This document shows positions 59,960-64,000 of a stretch of DNA of 64,000 bases, one piece after another (the stretch's first letter is position 1; each line of letters opens with the position of its first letter). The translations under genes were made by a program, and so were the position numbers. Source of the DNA: Polyangiales bacterium (GTDB taxonomy: Bacteria > Myxococcota_A > Polyangia > Polyangiales > Ga0077539); contig JBGARZ010000001.1 in NCBI GenBank assembly GCA_044229975.1, positions 224,001 to 288,000 of the forward strand, read 5' to 3'. A model generated the notes under the pieces. That model saw only the letters and a program-made list of their open reading frames with translations, made no database searches and was not told the DNA's origin.

Positions 59960-60108
59960 CCGCAAGGGCGCAGGGGTCGCAAGGATGAGGGGAGGGTTGC
60001 GCGAATGGTTCGCACTGCCTGCGTTGGCCCTCCCTCGCCTCGCGCACCCGTCACCGATGCATCTTTGAGAGACCTTTCTTCCCCCTTGCGACCCCTGCGC
60101 CCTTGCGG
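59960..60108. repeat. REP/MITE-like element with perfect 25-bp terminal inverted repeats
   Basis: CCGCAAGGGCGCAGGGGTCGCAAGG (59960-59984) and its exact reverse complement (60084-60108). Confidence 0.8.
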
Positions 60109-60162
60109 TTGCCTCTCTCTCGTTGAGCGCCCACTGCCGCTCGCGAATCAAGGAGACCCCCG

Positions 60163-60552
60163 ATGATCGACCACACCGGATACGACGTCAGCGACGCCGC
60201 GGTGAGCCGCCGCTTCTACGAAGCCGCGCTCGCCCCGCTCGGATACAAGGTCTTGATGGAGGTGCCGATCGAGTTCACGGGCGGCGCGGTCGTGCTGGGC
60301 CTCGGCGTCCCACCGAAGCCCGACTTCTGGCTGCACCAGGGCACGCCGCAGACGCCGCGGGTCCACATCGCGTTTCGTGGGGACACTCGCGCCGTGGTCG
60401 ATGCCTTCTACCGCGCGGCCCTCGCCGCAGGCGGCACCGACAACGGCCCGCCGGGTCTGCGCCCGCACTACCACCCGAACTACTACGGCGCCTTCGTGCG
60501 CGACCCCGACGGCTACAACGTCGAGGTCTGCTGTCACGACCCTGAGCCCTGA
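60163..60552 (+). CDS. VOC/glyoxalase family protein
   Basis: MIDH.G..VSD, FY.A.L.PLG, HIAF, GG.DNG.PGLR..YH..YY.AFV.DPDG.N.E; AGGAG RBS. Confidence 0.93.
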   Translation: MIDHTGYDVSDAAVSRRFYEAALAPLGYKVLMEVPIEFTGGAVVLGLGVPPKPDFWLHQGTPQTPRVHIAFRGDTRAVVDAFYRAALAAGGTDNGPPGLRPHYHPNYYGAFVRDPDGYNVEVCCHDPEP

Positions 60553-61565
60553 TCCCGAGGCTCGCCCTCGTCGTCCGTCACCGCTTCGCCGACCGTTCCG
60601 TCGCTCTCCACCCGCTTGCGCCGCGATTGCGGGGCCTCGCGGCGCACCGCGCACTCCGGCGCCACCGCGCTCTCGACCTCCTCGCTGACCACCACCCGCG
60701 CCCCCGGTGCCCCGGTCACCGCGCGCGCCGTCATCACCGGGTGTCCGGTCGCTCCGACCGCCCCGCGCCGCGACGCCGCCCGCTGCTGCCACGCCCGCGC
60801 CAGCGACGGCATCACCGAGCCCCGCAGCGCCCGCATCAGCTCGTCGGGCATCGTCACCGCGTCGGAGCCGTCGTCGTGCAGGGGCGCCCCGAGGTCCCTC
60901 GCCCGTTGCAGCAGCTCCAGTGTTCGCACCACGGTCAGCTCACGCACCGCCGCCAGCTCGCCGACCTCGCAGCGCGCGCCCAGCACCGCCGCCGCCCGCA
61001 CGGTCATCAGCTCGTCGGGACCGAGCGCCCGCAGCGCCGCGCCCCAGTCCTCCTCCGGGGCCATCGGCTTCGGCTCTTCGGCGACGGTCACCTCCACCGC
61101 GCCGAGCTCGCGCGCCGTGTCGAAGAGCGCCTGCGCCTCGGGCAAGCGCACCTCGTCGGTGAAGCCCAGCACCACCGGCATCCGCAGCGAACCCGGCAGC
61201 GACAGCCACCGTCGCAAGGTCGCCAGCGTCTCCTGATCGGCCCGCTGCACGTCGTCGAGCAGCAGCGCGCACCCAGCGGGGTTCTTCGCCGCCAGCCGGT
61301 TGAGCGCTCGCGCGAGCGACTCGGCCTTCGCGCTCCCTCGCGCCACCCCGACGGCGTCGAGCGCGTGGTCTTCGCCCATCCACTGGAGCGCCCTCGCTGC
61401 CGCCTCACGCAACGGCGCCAGCGGCCGCGCGCCCGCCTCGCAGCGCACCCGCAGCGCCGACCAGCCCGGCGGGATGGGGAGCACCGCGGGGAGGTCGCCC
61501 AGCACCAGCACCGGGTGCCCTTCGGCGAGCGCGCGCTGCATGGCCATGGCCTGGTGGGGTTGCAT
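60534..61565 (-). CDS. Degenerate STAND/AAA_16-like protein lacking Walker A
   Basis: LLLDDVQRADQETL Walker B-like motif and RAAAVLG winged-helix region; no GxxxxGK. Confidence 0.55.
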   Translation of the reverse strand: MQPHQAMAMQRALAEGHPVLVLGDLPAVLPIPPGWSALRVRCEAGARPLAPLREAAARALQWMGEDHALDAVGVARGSAKAESLARALNRLAAKNPAGCALLLDDVQRADQETLATLRRWLSLPGSLRMPVVLGFTDEVRLPEAQALFDTARELGAVEVTVAEEPKPMAPEEDWGAALRALGPDELMTVRAAAVLGARCEVGELAAVRELTVVRTLELLQRARDLGAPLHDDGSDAVTMPDELMRALRGSVMPSLARAWQQRAASRRGAVGATGHPVMTARAVTGAPGARVVVSEEVESAVAPECAVRREAPQSRRKRVESDGTVGEAVTDDEGEPRDQGSGS

Positions 61566-61586
61566 GACCGCGAGCGTAGCGAAGAG

Positions 61587-63491
61587 TCAGCCGTCGCGCC
61601 GGAAGATGTAGCGGGGCGTGATCATCATGCCCGAGTAGTTGATGGTCTCCAGGCCCACCACGAGGCGCTCGCCGTCGACCTCGTACTGCACCCGCGACGG
61701 GACATCGCTCCCGTCGCCCGCGCACTCGCGCGTGAGCGAGAGCGGCGTCGAGGCCGTGCCGGTGTACGTCGACGTGAACTGGAGGTTCACCGGCTGCGAG
61801 TAGCGGGCGCCGATGGTCGACACGAGGTTCACCACGCTGTTGACGTCGGAGATGATGCGGCCCGTGTCGGTCCAGAGCTGGCCGCGGCCGCGGAGGTTGG
61901 TCTCGGTGCGGCTGATGGTGCCGAGGGGCGTGCGCTCGTTGTCGATCCAGTACTCGATGCCCGCGAGCTCCCAGTGGCCGTTGGGAATCGTCCCCCCGGC
62001 GAGCGCCGGAGGAGCGCCGATGCGGACGGGGCTCGTGACGAGCGGGAGCATGGTGGCCGCCCCGGGCGGCGCGCAGCGGCTGGGGGTGTAGGTCACGTCC
62101 GTCACGAGGCGGACGGCCTCGTCGCAGAAGCGAAACACCGGGACCGGCGTGACGTACGCGAAGTTGAAACACATCTCGTCGGTGGTGCGAACGCCCGAGT
62201 TCACCGACCGGCTGGAGGTGTTGTTGAAGGTGCAGCGGGTGATGATGCGGTCGCCCATCCCGAAGGTGACCGGGAGGTCGTAGAAGAGCTCGGTCTCGAA
62301 GCGCCAGCCCTGGAGCGAGATGAGCGGCTGTACGTCGCCCGACGAGCGCACGATGGTCTGCTCGAAGTCGGTGCCGATGGTGTGCATGTGCGGCATGCCC
62401 GCGAGCATGCGAGAGCCCGCGCCGAGGGTGCACGCGCTCTCCGCCGTCCCCGTGCTGCGCGGCGGGACGGAGAAGCCGTTGGGGCCGATGGCGACCATGC
62501 CCCACTCGGTTCCGCCGGGGGCCGAGTGGAAGACGCGCACGCCGGTGTGGTCGGTGATGTCGGGCAGCCGCGCGCCGTTGTTGTAATGGATCTGCATCAC
62601 GTAGCGCTCGCCCGGGTTGACGCGCAGGCCGCCCTCCGGGAACTGGAGCGCATCCTGCCCCGGCGCCCAGGCGTACGCGTACTCGCTGCCGTCGGGCATG
62701 TTGAAGCAGGAGTACGTGCTGTTGGGCGAGCGACGCATCGGGTCGCGGAGCAGCACGACGTGGTGCACGACCCTGGCCTGGTCGAGGCGGATCTCGAAGC
62801 GGCGGATGAAGCGCGACGCGGTGACCGGCGCATCGAACACGAAGCAGCGGTAGTCGTCCGTGACCGTCGGGCCCACCGGGTAGTTGTCGGCGAGGAGGTC
62901 GAAGTGTTCGAGGCCCGCGGGCGCCATCTCGGGCGAGCGGAACACCGGCGCCGACACGCGCAGCCCCGTCCCGGCTGGTGCCATCTGCGCGCCGCAGGTG
63001 GCCCACTGCACCATGGTGTTGCGGATGTCGTCGGTGGGCGCTGGCGTCCCGGCCGGGGGCATGCGGTTGGCGATGAGGTTGGCCGCGATGCGATCGACGT
63101 GACGCGCGCCGGGCTCGCCCGCGAGGTTGGCGTCGTAGTCGAGCAGCGAGAAGGGCGCGCCGTAGTTGGGCTCGGCGCCGTGACAGGTGCCGCACTGGCG
63201 CTGCACGTGACCGCGAATGGTCGAGTCCCACTGCGCACGATCGGGGATGCACGGCGCGGGTCCGGCGTCGGCCGCGACGACGGGGGTGTCCGTGGCGACG
63301 GCGGGGCCGTCCATGGGTGCGAGACCGAGGTCGCTCACCGCGGGCGCGTCGGCGCCGGGCGCGACGCCGACGTCGACCACGGTGGACGCGTCGACGGGCG
63401 CGGGGTTCGCCGCGCCGGAGTCACAGCCGACGAGCGCCGCGCTGGTGAGGAGCCCAAGAACGACTGAACCGAAGGCCGACGTCGATCGCAT
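61587..63491 (-). CDS. Lipoprotein: cytochrome c domain fused to a copper type II (PHM/DBH-like) monooxygenase
   Basis: Lipobox LVGC; CGTCH heme motif + MPP; Cu ligands VHHV, QIHY, PHMH, DEMC. Confidence 0.85.
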   Translation of the reverse strand: MRSTSAFGSVVLGLLTSAALVGCDSGAANPAPVDASTVVDVGVAPGADAPAVSDLGLAPMDGPAVATDTPVVAADAGPAPCIPDRAQWDSTIRGHVQRQCGTCHGAEPNYGAPFSLLDYDANLAGEPGARHVDRIAANLIANRMPPAGTPAPTDDIRNTMVQWATCGAQMAPAGTGLRVSAPVFRSPEMAPAGLEHFDLLADNYPVGPTVTDDYRCFVFDAPVTASRFIRRFEIRLDQARVVHHVVLLRDPMRRSPNSTYSCFNMPDGSEYAYAWAPGQDALQFPEGGLRVNPGERYVMQIHYNNGARLPDITDHTGVRVFHSAPGGTEWGMVAIGPNGFSVPPRSTGTAESACTLGAGSRMLAGMPHMHTIGTDFEQTIVRSSGDVQPLISLQGWRFETELFYDLPVTFGMGDRIITRCTFNNTSSRSVNSGVRTTDEMCFNFAYVTPVPVFRFCDEAVRLVTDVTYTPSRCAPPGAATMLPLVTSPVRIGAPPALAGGTIPNGHWELAGIEYWIDNERTPLGTISRTETNLRGRGQLWTDTGRIISDVNSVVNLVSTIGARYSQPVNLQFTSTYTGTASTPLSLTRECAGDGSDVPSRVQYEVDGERLVVGLETINYSGMMITPRYIFRRDG

Positions 63492-63563
63492 CGGGCGCGG
63501 ACGTTACCGCGAAGCGACCGCGTGTCATGTGCGGCCCGCGTGTCGCGCGAGAAGCGGGAGCGG

Positions 63564-63998
63564 TCAGCGGATCTCGACCCAGCCGAGCTGTAGCTGCGTC
63601 GGCCGCGGCACGCGGAGGCGGACGTATCGCGCGCGCGCCTCGGGAAACACCGTGCGCCAGGTGTCGAAGGGCTCGACGCGCCGGGCGACCTCGGTCCATC
63701 GGGTGCGGTCGGTGGAGAGCTCGACCGCGAGGGGGACGGGCCAGTCGCGGCAGCAGTCGAGGCGGTTTTGGATCCAGACCATGGTCACACCGTGGGTGGC
63801 GCCGAGGTCGAACTCGATCCACGGCGCGGCCTCGTTGGTGGTCTGGAAGAACATGTTGGGCAGACCCTCGGAGGTCATGTCGAAGCCCCGCCCGGCCGCC
63901 TTCTCGGGAAACTGCGAGCTGCTCAGGCGCCACAGCGCCGTCTTGGCGAGCTCGGGCCGCAGCGCCAGGCGCAGCTCACGGCCGCCCAGGACAAACCC
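63564..63998 (-). CDS. 3' part of a protein with a discoidin (F5/8 type C)-like domain; truncated by the window edge
   Basis: FFQT..E..PWIEFDLG, V.IQNR.DCC, VE.S.D...W, ARYVRL, VEI; frame open to the window end. Confidence 0.8.
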   Translation of the reverse strand, partial: GFVLGGRELRLALRPELAKTALWRLSSSQFPEKAAGRGFDMTSEGLPNMFFQTTNEAAPWIEFDLGATHGVTMVWIQNRLDCCRDWPVPLAVELSTDRTRWTEVARRVEPFDTWRTVFPEARARYVRLRVPRPTQLQLGWVEIR

Positions 63999-64000
63999 CG

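Overview
A very GC-rich (visually ~70-75%), densely coded bacterial window. The gene content points to a myxobacterium-like organism (Myxococcota/Polyangia; inference): Cys-rich repeat lipoproteins, a PEGA/TPR protein, an AgmX/TonB-C-like protein, a BMC-T shell protein and orphan kinases. Left end (0.2-8.9 kb) is an accessory conflict island: a nucleotidyltransferase operon, orphan vgrG, a PAAR-papain-fold peptidase fusion with a coupled candidate immunity gene, a TagH-like FHA gene, and a decaying ATPase+HNH (PtuAB/Septu-like) defence pair. The rest holds pqqCDE without local pqqAB, acyl-CoA dehydrogenase, a DAACS symporter, four Cys-rich (NGCE-repeat) surface proteins with different heads, an ECF sigma factor with a TonB-C-like partner, nadA and an orphan BMC-T. 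It also holds phoBR divergent from an unusual pstB*-phoU-pstC*-pstA* operon (degenerate ATPase motifs, no pstS, Pho-box-like repeats), sfsA, two duplicated Pro-rich lipoproteins, cysDN, a sigma54-type CPBP protease + B12-radical SAM operon, a deoxynucleoside kinase, a REP/MITE-like inverted repeat, and a cytochrome c-fused copper monooxygenase lipoprotein. I found no rRNA, tRNA, CRISPR array or transposase. All calls come from motif recognition by eye; no database searches were run.
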